Shown here: positions 56,400 through 64,000 of the stretch, piece by piece
Layout: every line of letters starts with the position of its first letter
Numbering within the stretch: the stretch's first letter is position 1
Notes under the pieces: model-generated
The model's input: the letters and a program-made list of their open reading frames with translations, nothing else
Database searches by the model: none
Told to the model about the DNA's origin: nothing
DNA from: Staphylococcus phage vB_SauM-UFV_DC4
Sequence record: MZ779063.1
Direction: 5' to 3' (one strand)
DNA length: 64,000 nucleotides
Translations under genes and position numbers: made by a program

Positions 56400-56678
56400 A
56401 TGACAGAATTTGAAAATGAAATTAAAGTATCAAAAGAGGAGAAGAAGATTAAAAGATTTATTGATCAAGGTATTGATAATTTATCTGATACTGTAGGAGA
56501 GAATATTGAAGGTATTCCATTATCTTTAACTGATTATTTTCCTAAAATAAAGAAATTAATTATTAAATTAATTGATCGAGAAGAAAGTGATGAAATTAAA
56601 ATGACAAATGAATTAGGTGAAGTATTTAAATTTAATAGAACTTCACACGATATTTATTTAACATCAACTAAATTTTAA
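56400..56678 (+). CDS. hypothetical protein
   Basis: RBS AAAGGAGAAA; 92 aa. Confidence 0.55.
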   Translation: MTEFENEIKVSKEEKKIKRFIDQGIDNLSDTVGENIEGIPLSLTDYFPKIKKLIIKLIDREESDEIKMTNELGEVFKFNRTSHDIYLTSTKF

Positions 56679-56724
56679 TGAAAACTTTCTATGATCCAAC
56701 AATAAAATTAAAGGTGTGGTATGT

Positions 56725-57348
56725 ATGATTAAAGTCAATGAGCTATTAACAGAAGTTAAGGAAATAAAAACAAATGACAGTTATACGAAATTAATAAATG
56801 AGTATAGAGATATTATTAATGAAGAATATATATCTTATAAACCGTTAAAAGATTATTACAATTTTATTATATATTATCTAGAGAAATCTAGAAATCAAGC
56901 ATTGGAATCTAACAACTTTAATGAATCCAATTTAAATATCAAATTATTAATAGAAGATCTAATGATATTAAAAGATATTGTTAAATCTAATATTTTTGAT
57001 ACTAAAGAAGTAATCAGATCTACTGGGTTTAAATTAACAAATGGTAGTACATTTGATAGAGTTATCAAATACATTAAAGATAAACTAGATGAATTAATTA
57101 TAGAAATAAATTCAAATAATTATAAATATCAAAATATCTATTTCTATCTACCTGAACTAAATAATCTATTGCATAATACAATTCATATAGAACGTGTTTT
57201 AGATAAATATAAGAATAATGTAGATATTATTAATATAAATAAATATAATTTATTTGAAATGATGCCTTGTAATGATATTATGGATAAAGATGAATTTTAT
57301 ATAATGGTTAATCATTTATATGATTTAGGTGTTTTAGAAAAAGCGTAA
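56725..57348 (+). CDS. hypothetical protein
   Basis: RBS AAAGGTGTGG (track start 56716). Confidence 0.55.
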   Translation: MIKVNELLTEVKEIKTNDSYTKLINEYRDIINEEYISYKPLKDYYNFIIYYLEKSRNQALESNNFNESNLNIKLLIEDLMILKDIVKSNIFDTKEVIRSTGFKLTNGSTFDRVIKYIKDKLDELIIEINSNNYKYQNIYFYLPELNNLLHNTIHIERVLDKYKNNVDIININKYNLFEMMPCNDIMDKDEFYIMVNHLYDLGVLEKA

Positions 57349-57408
57349 CATGTAATAAAATAAGTATATATTATAATTATGAAGAAAGATAAAGTATTAA
57401 TATCTTTC
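57338..57408 (+). promoter_or_regulatory. repeated promoter module 2: AAAAGCGTAACATGTAATAAAATAAGTATATATTATAATTATGAAGAAAGA plus hairpin GAAAGAT/ATCTTTC
   Basis: Overlaps the 3' end (LEKA) of the upstream gene. Confidence 0.55.
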
Positions 57409-57435
57409 TAAATAAATCAAATGGAGGAATTTAAA

Positions 57436-57606
57436 ATGAAAAAGAATTTATTATTAAAATCAGCAGTGGGATTTGGGTTAGGTATTGTATTAGGTGTAGT
57501 AAGTAATAAAATTGATGAAATGGTTATGCAGAAGGAAATGGAAAAGCAAATCTTTAAAAGAGCTTCAGAAATAACTTTTGAACATCCATTCAATAATCTA
57601 AAATAA
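57436..57606 (+). CDS. small membrane peptide (56 aa); paralog of 58134..58238
   Basis: RBS ATGGAGGAATTTAAAATG, identical to the one at 58865; shared GFGLGIV core. Confidence 0.5.
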   Translation: MKKNLLLKSAVGFGLGIVLGVVSNKIDEMVMQKEMEKQIFKRASEITFEHPFNNLK

Positions 57607-57687
57607 AGGAGGAAAGAGGATAATTGTTTTAAAGACCTAATGGACAAGGATCAAGTTCATTAGGTCTATAATTTTCTATGATCCAAA
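57605..57687 (+). repeat. conserved ~85-nt structured non-coding element, copy 1: AAGGAGGAAAGAGGATAATTG, hairpin AGACCTAATGGAC/GTTCATTAGGTCT, then TTTTCTATGATCCA
   Basis: About 90% identical to 58236-58322; contains nested inverted repeats GGATCA/TGATCC. Confidence 0.55.
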
Positions 57688-57709
57688 AAATAAAAAGGAG
57701 CTAAAATCA

Positions 57710-58024
57710 ATGAATAACAAAACTAAATTAGCAGAATTAAGAAAAGAATTAAAAATCGTATATTCGGATATACAATTGAGCAAAACAAGTACTATAGAAG
57801 AAAGACTTCACAAGAAAAAGGAAAGACTAATTAAAGAAATTAATGAACTATTAGAAAAAGATCAAAATGTTTTCGATAGAGAAAAACATATAGCAAAAGT
57901 TAAAGATCAGAATAACGATAACATTCACAAGGGATCAGATGAATTTTCTAAGGCAGGTAGACTCCATAGAAAATATCAGAAGCAAGATAAACACAACATT
58001 TTCAATAATCCAGTACAAGATTAA
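57710..58024 (+). CDS. hypothetical protein; paralog of 58536..58841
   Basis: Shared C-terminus ...SDEFSKAGRLHRKYQ / ...SDYAKAGRLHQSFQ. Confidence 0.6.
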   Translation: MNNKTKLAELRKELKIVYSDIQLSKTSTIEERLHKKKERLIKEINELLEKDQNVFDREKHIAKVKDQNNDNIHKGSDEFSKAGRLHRKYQKQDKHNIFNNPVQD

Positions 58025-58037
58025 AAAGTTGAATTTG

Positions 58038-58107
58038 AAAAAGCGTAACGTAAGATATTTTAATTATATATTATAATAATGAAGAAAGAGATTATCATTA
58101 ACTCTTT
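58038..58107 (+). promoter_or_regulatory. repeated promoter module 3: AAAAGCGTAACGTAAGATATTTTAATTATATATTATAATAATGAAGAAAGAG plus hairpin GAAAGAG/CTCTTTC
   Basis: Third copy of the module. Confidence 0.55.
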
Positions 58108-58133
58108 CTAATAAATTAAAAGGAGAAATTATT

Positions 58134-58238
58134 ATGAAAAACTTAGTATTGAAATTAGTAGCAGGATTTGGATTAGGAATTGTGATGGCAGTTGTTTTAG
58201 ACAAGATTGAAGAAATGACGTTCTCTAATTTAAAATAA
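58134..58238 (+). CDS. small membrane peptide (34 aa); not in the track
   Basis: RBS AAAAGGAGAAA; MKNLVLKLVAGFGLGIVMAVVLDKIEEMTFSNLK, paralog of 57436..57606. Confidence 0.4.
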   Translation: MKNLVLKLVAGFGLGIVMAVVLDKIEEMTFSNLK

Positions 58239-58322
58239 AGGAGGAAAGAGGATAATTGATTTAAAGACCTAATGAACATAATGGATCAAGTTCATTAGGT
58301 CTATAATTTTCTATGATCCAAA
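58236..58322 (+). repeat. conserved ~85-nt structured non-coding element, copy 2
   Basis: AAGGAGGAAAGAGGATAATTGATTTAAAGACCTAATGAACATAATGGATCAAGTTCATTAGGTCTATAATTTTCTATGATCCAA. Confidence 0.55.
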
Positions 58323-58353
58323 CTAAAACTAAAAATAAAAAGGAGAAATTAAA

Positions 58354-58530
58354 ATGTTAGAATTAAATGGAATTGAATTTGTAAATGAAAAGGAAATTAA
58401 AGAAGAGGAATTATTATTTAATTATTCAGATGAAGCAAGATATCCATCTGAACAGGCTTATAGAGAAGTAGATTTAATCATTGAGAGCTTCGACAATACA
58501 GCTTTCGGATTAAGAAAATGGGGAGTGTAA
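58354..58530 (+). CDS. small hypothetical protein (58 aa); not in the track
   Basis: RBS AAAGGAGAAATTAAAATG; MLELNGIEFVNEKEIKEEELLFNYSDEARYPSEQAYREVDLIIESFDNTAFGLRKWGV. Confidence 0.4.
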   Translation: MLELNGIEFVNEKEIKEEELLFNYSDEARYPSEQAYREVDLIIESFDNTAFGLRKWGV

Positions 58531-58535
58531 TTAAA

Positions 58536-58841
58536 ATGGTCAGAGAAGAAAAAATCAAACAAATGAAACAAGAATTACAAGCAATTTTAGACAAAGAAAT
58601 TAGGTTTAATGGTAAACCAATTTCAAATAAACAATTTGAGAGAAAATTAGAACTAATGAAACAAATAGAAAAGTTAAAATTTGACATTAGATCAGAAAGA
58701 TATCTGAGAAATGTCAAAAAGAATAAAATCACTGAGTTTAAGGGTAAAAGTGATTATGCGAAAGCAGGAAGACTACATCAATCTTTCCAAAGTAAAGAAG
58801 AGCATAAAATATGGAAAGACGATTTATTAGTAATTCAATAA
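58536..58841 (+). CDS. hypothetical protein; paralog of 57710..58024
   Basis: RBS GGGGAG 10 nt upstream (track start 58518 lies inside the upstream ORF). Confidence 0.55.
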   Translation: MVREEKIKQMKQELQAILDKEIRFNGKPISNKQFERKLELMKQIEKLKFDIRSERYLRNVKKNKITEFKGKSDYAKAGRLHQSFQSKEEHKIWKDDLLVIQ

Positions 58842-58864
58842 TATATTAAATGGAGGAATTTAAA

Positions 58865-59059
58865 ATGAAAAAGATTATTAAATTAAAAACTGAGTATGCA
58901 TTAATTTTAGGAATGTTAGTTGGACTATTATTAGGATTATTAACTATGAATTTCTTTTTAGCGTTAGATATTATGTTCATGACAACTTTAGCATTTGTAG
59001 GTATGAATCATTATATCGGTGAAAAAAGAATGAATAATAGAAAAGGGGAAGTAAATTAA
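58865..59059 (+). CDS. small membrane protein (2 TM)
   Basis: RBS ATGGAGGAATTTAAAATG (track start 58850 is the ATG inside the SD). Confidence 0.55.
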   Translation: MKKIIKLKTEYALILGMLVGLLLGLLTMNFFLALDIMFMTTLAFVGMNHYIGEKRMNNRKGEVN

Positions 59060-59060
59060 T

Positions 59061-59255
59061 ATGCAGAATAAAATTAAGATAAAACCATGGATAGTATTTT
59101 GGACCGTATTTATTATTGGATTTATAGTTGGAGAAATTCTAGGTTATGTAGAAGGTAAATCATTGTTTGTAGGTATCGTATCAGCATTTATTTGTTTAGG
59201 AATTAATTATATGGTTGGAGAAATTAGAAGAGATATTATTAGAAATAGAAAATAA
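59061..59255 (+). CDS. small membrane protein (2 TM)
   Basis: Start overlaps the upstream stop (TAATATG); hydrophobic. Confidence 0.55.
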   Translation: MQNKIKIKPWIVFWTVFIIGFIVGEILGYVEGKSLFVGIVSAFICLGINYMVGEIRRDIIRNRK

Positions 59256-59288
59256 AAATTAATTAAATTATAAGGAGTTGAATTGGAT

Positions 59289-59396
59289 ATGTTATTAGAA
59301 AACTTCATTACAATTATCGTGTTACTTGGCTTAATGAAATTTACAGGTTGTTTCAAATTTATGAAAGAAATCTGGTCTAACAAAGGTAACAAATAG
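59289..59396 (+). CDS. small peptide (35 aa); not in the track
   Basis: Leader AAGGAGTTGAATTGGATATG (conserved initiation motif); MLLENFITIIVLLGLMKFTGCFKFMKEIWSNKGNK. Confidence 0.4.
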   Translation: MLLENFITIIVLLGLMKFTGCFKFMKEIWSNKGNK

Positions 59397-59474
59397 CAAT
59401 AAAAGAGTGGATTATTTTCTATGATCCACTCTACATATTTAAATTAAAAAAAAAAACGAAAAGAGGAAATTAAA

Positions 59475-59981
59475 ATGAAAAAATTATTAATGACATTAGC
59501 ATCAATCGCTTTAATCGCAGTTATCGGAGCAGCAGGGATATTTGGTTATAGTAGTTTTAAAAGCTTAACAGTCAATAAAGAAGATAGTAAGACTGAAGAA
59601 GTATCTAAAAAGAAAGAAGACAAAAAAGAAAAGAAAGAACAAGAAGAATCAGATAATGTAGAAGTAAATCAACAACAAGATCAAACTCAAGAAGTAAATA
59701 ATAATGAACGACAAAATCAAACTACAGAAGATAATAATACAAATGTACAACAAAATCAACAACAAGAACCAGTAGTTGAAGAGAAAACTCAAGTAACAGA
59801 TAATGAAGGTAATAATATAGATGATATGGATTCAGAAGAATTTATTTCTAAATATACGGAAGGAATGGATGAAGAAGAAGCTCAAACAGTAAAAGACATG
59901 GCTGAAGAAGATTCAGGATATGAAGATTTCTTACGTGGACAAGTAGAAGCTAGACAAAATGGTCAAGGCGGAAATTACTAA
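59475..59981 (+). CDS. membrane-anchored Q/N/E-rich protein, paralog family A1
   Basis: MKKLLMTLASIALIAVIGAAGIFGYSSFKSL followed by a disordered acidic Q/N-rich region. Confidence 0.65.
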   Translation: MKKLLMTLASIALIAVIGAAGIFGYSSFKSLTVNKEDSKTEEVSKKKEDKKEKKEQEESDNVEVNQQQDQTQEVNNNERQNQTTEDNNTNVQQNQQQEPVVEEKTQVTDNEGNNIDDMDSEEFISKYTEGMDEEEAQTVKDMAEEDSGYEDFLRGQVEARQNGQGGNY

Positions 59982-60004
59982 TAAGAAGAAAAGAGTGAAA
60001 TGAA

Positions 60005-60472
60005 ATGAAAAAAATCTTAAGTATTTTAACAGCGATAGCTTTAATCACAGTTATCGGAGCAGCAGGAGTATTCGGATATAGTAGTTTTAAAGAATTAAAT
60101 AATAGTAAAGATAGTCATAAAGTTGAAACAAGTAAAAAACAAAAAGAATTAGATGATAAAAATAACACTCAACAACAAGAACAAAATACATCAAAAGAAA
60201 ACAACAATATCCAACAACAATCAAATGAAGATAGCCTAACAGAAAATATGGATGAAGAATATAAAAAACAACAGGAAATGTATGAAAGGCAATCAAAAGA
60301 TGAAGCTCCAGAACCGGATTCTATAATTGGCAACCCACCAAAAAATTATGAAACTCCAGAAAAAGATAAAATAACTATAAGTGAGTTAAGAGAAGTTTTA
60401 GGCGATGATATTGATGAAAGTAAAATTGATGAAGCAAAAGCGTCTGGCGAATATATTAATGATGAAGAATAA
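60005..60472 (+). CDS. membrane-anchored Q/N/E-rich protein, paralog family A2
   Basis: MKKILSILTAIALITVIGAAGVFGYSSFKEL. Confidence 0.65.
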   Translation: MKKILSILTAIALITVIGAAGVFGYSSFKELNNSKDSHKVETSKKQKELDDKNNTQQQEQNTSKENNNIQQQSNEDSLTENMDEEYKKQQEMYERQSKDEAPEPDSIIGNPPKNYETPEKDKITISELREVLGDDIDESKIDEAKASGEYINDEE

Positions 60473-60503
60473 AAAATAAATAAAAAGAATAGAGGAAAAT
60501 AAA

Positions 60504-60980
60504 ATGAAAAAATTATTAGTATCATTATCAATCTTAGCAGTAATTGTAGTATTAGTAGCGGCAGGTGTGTTTGGATATTCAAAATATAAAGAAGTAGAAA
60601 TGAAACAACAGAATTTAGAAACACAATTAGAAGAAAAAAATTCCAATGAGCAAACTAATGAAAACGATCAACAACAAGAACAAGCAAATACAAATGAATC
60701 TCAAAATCAAGAAAATAGTTCAACAAAAAACAATAACGACAATAAACAAAAAGTATCTAGAGACAATGTATTTGACTATGCTTTAGCTGCAGTAAATGAA
60801 GTAGGTGACGCTGATTTAATGAAATTCCAAGAACCTTCTTACAGTGATGGTGTATGGACAATTGACACTAATAATAAATCTGGTTCAGGATCTAATACTA
60901 TAAAAGTATACGATGATGGCTGGGTACAGATATATGATGGATCTGGTGAAATAGCTCATGAAACAAAAATAGAACTATAA
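60504..60980 (+). CDS. membrane-anchored protein, paralog family A3, with a globular C-terminal domain
   Basis: MKKLLVSLSILAVIVVLVAAGVFGYSKYKEV. Confidence 0.65.
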   Translation: MKKLLVSLSILAVIVVLVAAGVFGYSKYKEVEMKQQNLETQLEEKNSNEQTNENDQQQEQANTNESQNQENSSTKNNNDNKQKVSRDNVFDYALAAVNEVGDADLMKFQEPSYSDGVWTIDTNNKSGSGSNTIKVYDDGWVQIYDGSGEIAHETKIEL

Positions 60981-61000
60981 TTATTAAGGAGTGTTGATGA

Positions 61001-61246
61001 ATGATTAAAACAGAAACAAAAAATGAACATTTATTTTTCAAATTTATTTCAGAATTAGGACTAACTAACGTGTATGATAACTTTATTGTAAGTGTTCCTT
61101 CAGGTCCTAAATTCATTAGATTAAATGAATTTGATGAAATAGAAGTATATGAAAAATGTAATGAAAATTTACTGAAAGTAGTCAATATAGATCCTAAATT
61201 TGATGATGTATTTTCGTTATTTTTCAAAATAACGAAAGGAATTTAA
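61001..61246 (+). CDS. hypothetical protein
   Basis: 81-aa ORF, RBS AAGGAGTG. Confidence 0.5.
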   Translation: MIKTETKNEHLFFKFISELGLTNVYDNFIVSVPSGPKFIRLNEFDEIEVYEKCNENLLKVVNIDPKFDDVFSLFFKITKGI

Positions 61247-61253
61247 AATATTA

Positions 61254-61287
61254 TAGTCATGAATCTATTTATGTAGATTCATGACTA
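61254..61287 (+). terminator. intrinsic terminator TAGTCATGAATCTA/TAGATTCATGACTA
   Basis: 14-bp stem followed by TTAATTATATATTTTTTTAT. Confidence 0.65.
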
Positions 61288-61324
61288 TTAATTATATATT
61301 TTTTTATAAATATAAGAAAGAGAG

Positions 61325-62026
61325 ATGACATTAATTGTGTATGAAATTTCAATAGCTTTAATGTTTTTAATTGTAATATATTTTTCATTCAATACAATAT
61401 ATAAAACATTAGTAAGTGCGTATAACGAAAAATTAAAAGGAAAGTTCTTTTCCACAACGTTTTTTACATTTAGTTTATTATTTCCAATAATGATTATTGT
61501 ATTTTACAATATAGATGGAATAAATATTAAAATAGAATATGTTTTATTTTATTTCCTGTTGTTAATAATTAACTTTGCATTAAATAAATTTCTTAAAGTT
61601 CATGATATTATAGTATATACGTCATTATTCTATTCTTTATTTATAATGAATTACCATTATGAAATAGCTAATGACTTATATTTTGCTATATTTATTGTAA
61701 TAATCAATTTGATAATTCCATTAATTAAAATTGAATTTCAATTAATTGAAATGGCAATTCAAACTGATGGAGAATATAAAGATATAGATGTAAAAAAGAA
61801 TATAGTAAGACAGAATTTAAAAATAGTTAATTTAAATGATAATAATACACAATTCTCATTAGATGATTTTCTTGAAAGTAAATTTAATAATGATGAAGAA
61901 TCAATAAGTGTCTTCTTAGATGAAATGATTGAAAGAATATATTCTGAAAGAATAAATATAAAATTGTATTGTTATCATATATTAATGGGATTATTAACTA
62001 TATACTTTTTATTATCTCAAATTTAA
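61325..62026 (+). CDS. polytopic membrane protein
   Basis: Five or more hydrophobic helices; RBS AAGAAAGAGAG. Confidence 0.6.
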   Translation: MTLIVYEISIALMFLIVIYFSFNTIYKTLVSAYNEKLKGKFFSTTFFTFSLLFPIMIIVFYNIDGINIKIEYVLFYFLLLIINFALNKFLKVHDIIVYTSLFYSLFIMNYHYEIANDLYFAIFIVIINLIIPLIKIEFQLIEMAIQTDGEYKDIDVKKNIVRQNLKIVNLNDNNTQFSLDDFLESKFNNDEESISVFLDEMIERIYSERINIKLYCYHILMGLLTIYFLLSQI

Positions 62027-62070
62027 ATATATATTATAAAAATGAGTAATATTAATTAATATTACTCAAA
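62027..62070 (+). promoter_or_regulatory. promoter-like ATATATATTATAAAAATGAG plus hairpin GAGTAATATTAAT/ATTAATATTACTC
   Basis: Cassette architecture. Confidence 0.5.
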
Positions 62071-62091
62071 AAAAATAAAGGAGTTTTTATC

Positions 62092-62622
62092 ATGGAAAAT
62101 AATTATTATGCAGTTGCACAGTTCCAAAATCAAAGAGAGTTTAAAGGAAAAGAGTATATTTATAAAGTGCCAGAATATTTATTAACGAAAGAAAATTCTT
62201 ATTTCCACAAATACGCATTAGTTTCTAATTTAAATTTAAATGAAGTTAATTTAAATGATGATGGAGTTCATAAAGATGATTTAGAAAAATTTGCAAGTTC
62301 AGTTAAAGTTGTTAAAGTATTAAAAATTATGAATGAAGAAGAATTTATACAATCAGAATATGTAAACTCTGCAGAGGATTTAAATCAAAGAATTAATCGA
62401 GAAGGAGAATCTTTTGAATATAAAAATATCGTATCATTCTTCGATAATGAATTAAAAACACATATTGATTATATTTCTGAAAGTAACAGAAAAGAAAAAT
62501 TAGAAAAATTAATGAAAATCAGAATGGAAAAATTAAATAAAGAAAAGGACTTAAAAGAAAGAGTAAGTGAATATAACGATAAAGAATTAGATAAATTATT
62601 TATCGAATATAAAAAATTATAA
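62092..62622 (+). CDS. hypothetical protein
   Basis: 176-aa ORF, RBS AAAGGAG. Confidence 0.6.
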   Translation: MENNYYAVAQFQNQREFKGKEYIYKVPEYLLTKENSYFHKYALVSNLNLNEVNLNDDGVHKDDLEKFASSVKVVKVLKIMNEEEFIQSEYVNSAEDLNQRINREGESFEYKNIVSFFDNELKTHIDYISESNRKEKLEKLMKIRMEKLNKEKDLKERVSEYNDKELDKLFIEYKKL

Positions 62623-62630
62623 ATACATTA

Positions 62631-62660
62631 TCCCAATGAGATGAATTATTCTCATTGGGA
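62631..62660 (+). terminator. intrinsic terminator TCCCAATGAG/CTCATTGGGA
   Basis: 10-bp stem followed by TTATTTAATT. Confidence 0.55.
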
Positions 62661-62694
62661 TTATTTAATTACTTAATTAGGAGATGAAAAGGAT

Positions 62695-63525
62695 ATGTAT
62701 AACAATAAAAATTTTATGTCAAGTTTAAATTTAAGTGAAACGAAATTGAGTGAATTTATAAATAAAGAAGATATAAATTCTGATGTGTCTAAGAAAGTGT
62801 ATTATGAGAAAGTTATTGATTTATATATGGATCAAATATTTAATGTAGATAATGAATTCTTAAAAAGTCTAATTGACTTTGATGATTTAAAATATACTAA
62901 AGATGAATTAGATTATATAATATATGAAGAAATGGGAGTAAATAGAAATAATAAAAAAGACTTATCTTTAATTCTTAATAGAGTATATGAATCTTATAAA
63001 GAATCTAAATCAGATAAAAATTATTATTTAATGAAATATTTATTACCGTTTACTCTATATAATGATAGAATTTTTAATAAAAACTTTTATTTACATTTTG
63101 GAGCTAATAGATTTTTTAAAAATGAATTTATAGATGCAATTACTGATACTTTTATGTATATTAGAGATAATAATATAGAATGTGAAGTTATAGAATTATT
63201 ATTTAACGATATACTCACTAAATTATATGTGCACAGTAATGAAGTAGTATCTAGAATTTTAGTTAGAATAGCTAAAAAGGATTCTAGTTTATTATTTACC
63301 AATGATACTATATTTAATATACTATATTCTTTATATTCGCATCAAACTATTAAGAAAATAAAAAGAAATATAAGTATAGAAAGTATCGAAAAAATTATTA
63401 AAATGAATAGATATACTTATATTGAAAGAATTGAAAAAGCTATAGGAAGACAATTATCTTTTTATGATAATCCAAACGGTAAAGAAATAAAGAATATGAT
63501 AAAAGAATTTAAAAATAATAAATAG
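62695..63525 (+). CDS. hypothetical protein
   Basis: Leader TTAGGAGATGAAAAGGATATG; 276 aa. Confidence 0.65.
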   Translation: MYNNKNFMSSLNLSETKLSEFINKEDINSDVSKKVYYEKVIDLYMDQIFNVDNEFLKSLIDFDDLKYTKDELDYIIYEEMGVNRNNKKDLSLILNRVYESYKESKSDKNYYLMKYLLPFTLYNDRIFNKNFYLHFGANRFFKNEFIDAITDTFMYIRDNNIECEVIELLFNDILTKLYVHSNEVVSRILVRIAKKDSSLLFTNDTIFNILYSLYSHQTIKKIKRNISIESIEKIIKMNRYTYIERIEKAIGRQLSFYDNPNGKEIKNMIKEFKNNK

Positions 63526-63540
63526 GGAGTTGAAACGGAT

Positions 63541-64000
63541 ATGTTAAAAAATAAAAATATTGAAATTAACCAAGATATTATTAATAATGAATTAATGAAA
63601 ACAAAATATATGGAAGAGGCGATGTTAAAAGTGTTAAATCAAGACCTAGTAATCAATTTAAGATTTTTAAAAGATAATCTACTATCTGGATGGGAATTTG
63701 AAAATAATGTAGCTGAATTTAAAGAAATAGAAAAATTCTATGATCCGTCATTAAAAATAAGACTAATTTTTAAAGTTAATGAAAAAGAAATCAAGTATAC
63801 ACTTAATGAAGATATTCAAGATATGTTAGAGAATTTCATGATTAAGAAAGCTGATGATGAAAGAGCATGTGAGATTATTAAATCTGTTATTGAGTATGAA
63901 TTCTTTAAGAAAGAAAATAAAAAAGATCATGAACTTGATATGAATACAATAGATTTATTAATGGGTAAAGTTAATGAATTAAAAATTAAATACAATATCA
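63541..64000 (+). CDS. hypothetical protein, 3' partial (runs off the window; not in the track)
   Basis: Leader TAGGGAGTTGAAACGGATATG; no stop codon through nt 64000. Confidence 0.55.
   Translation, partial: MLKNKNIEINQDIINNELMKTKYMEEAMLKVLNQDLVINLRFLKDNLLSGWEFENNVAEFKEIEKFYDPSLKIRLIFKVNEKEIKYTLNEDIQDMLENFMIKKADDERACEIIKSVIEYEFFKKENKKDHELDMNTIDLLMGKVNELKIKYNI

Noticed and set aside
57607-57625. Strong Shine-Dalgarno AAGGAGGAAAGAGGA suggesting an unlisted gene
   Set aside because: No open frame follows. TTG-TTT-TAA and ATT-GAT-TTA-AAG-ACC-TAA stop within 2-5 codons. It was kept as part of the structured non-coding element instead.
57417-58279. Two paralogous minus-strand ORFs (57417-57647 and 58064-58279) that look like a conserved family
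   Set aside because: Their similarity is a by-product of the duplicated + strand cassette (small peptide gene plus conserved non-coding element). They have no independent coding signal.
63735-63750. TTCTATGATCC motif inside the last ORF
   Set aside because: A single in-frame occurrence (F-Y-D-P) without the flanking inverted repeats, so probably coincidental
1-64000. tRNA, rRNA or CRISPR arrays
   Set aside because: No GC-rich cloverleaf-like segments, no 16S/23S-like stretches, and no regularly spaced direct repeats were seen. All intergenic regions are short, AT-rich and taken up by promoter or terminator hairpins.

Overview
The window is an extremely AT-rich, densely packed segment of a phage genome, most likely a jumbo phage of a low-GC Firmicute host (AR9/PBS1-like). 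This assignment is an inference from the gene content. About 90 predicted genes sit on the + strand with very short gaps; the one minus-strand gene encodes an HU-like protein.

Genes I can recognise:
- a type IIA topoisomerase pair: a GyrB-like ATPase subunit, and a GyrA-like subunit that carries a 374-aa LAGLIDADG intein immediately after the catalytic tyrosine
- three fragments of a split multisubunit RNA polymerase (beta C-terminal part at 34110; beta N-terminal part and beta' N-terminal part adjacent at 49264-52196)
- a UvsX/RecA-like recombinase, an NAD-dependent DNA ligase and a DnaG-like primase
- a free-standing NUMOD4/HNH homing endonuclease, a staphylococcal-nuclease-like thermonuclease and a metallo-beta-lactamase (MBL)-fold hydrolase
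- a TelA-family protein, and a membrane-embedded processive family-2 glycosyltransferase with a QRLRW motif
- four lipoproteins and many small membrane proteins.

The largest class is proteins of unknown function, including several tandem paralog families.

The most striking non-coding signal is a recurrent promoter/leader cassette. It consists of a TATATATTATAA motif, then 3-5 nt, then an immediate stem-loop that lacks a U-tract. At six loci the stem is the conserved GAGGTAATGRCA...TGTCATTACCTC. A highly conserved initiation region TAGGAGAgTGAAttGGATATG follows. The segment 56300-59460 is built from repeated cassettes that reuse identical promoter modules, small peptide genes and a conserved ~85-nt structured element. 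I found no tRNA, rRNA or CRISPR array.

New-ORF and regulatory coordinates that I derived by hand-counting may be off by 1-2 nt.
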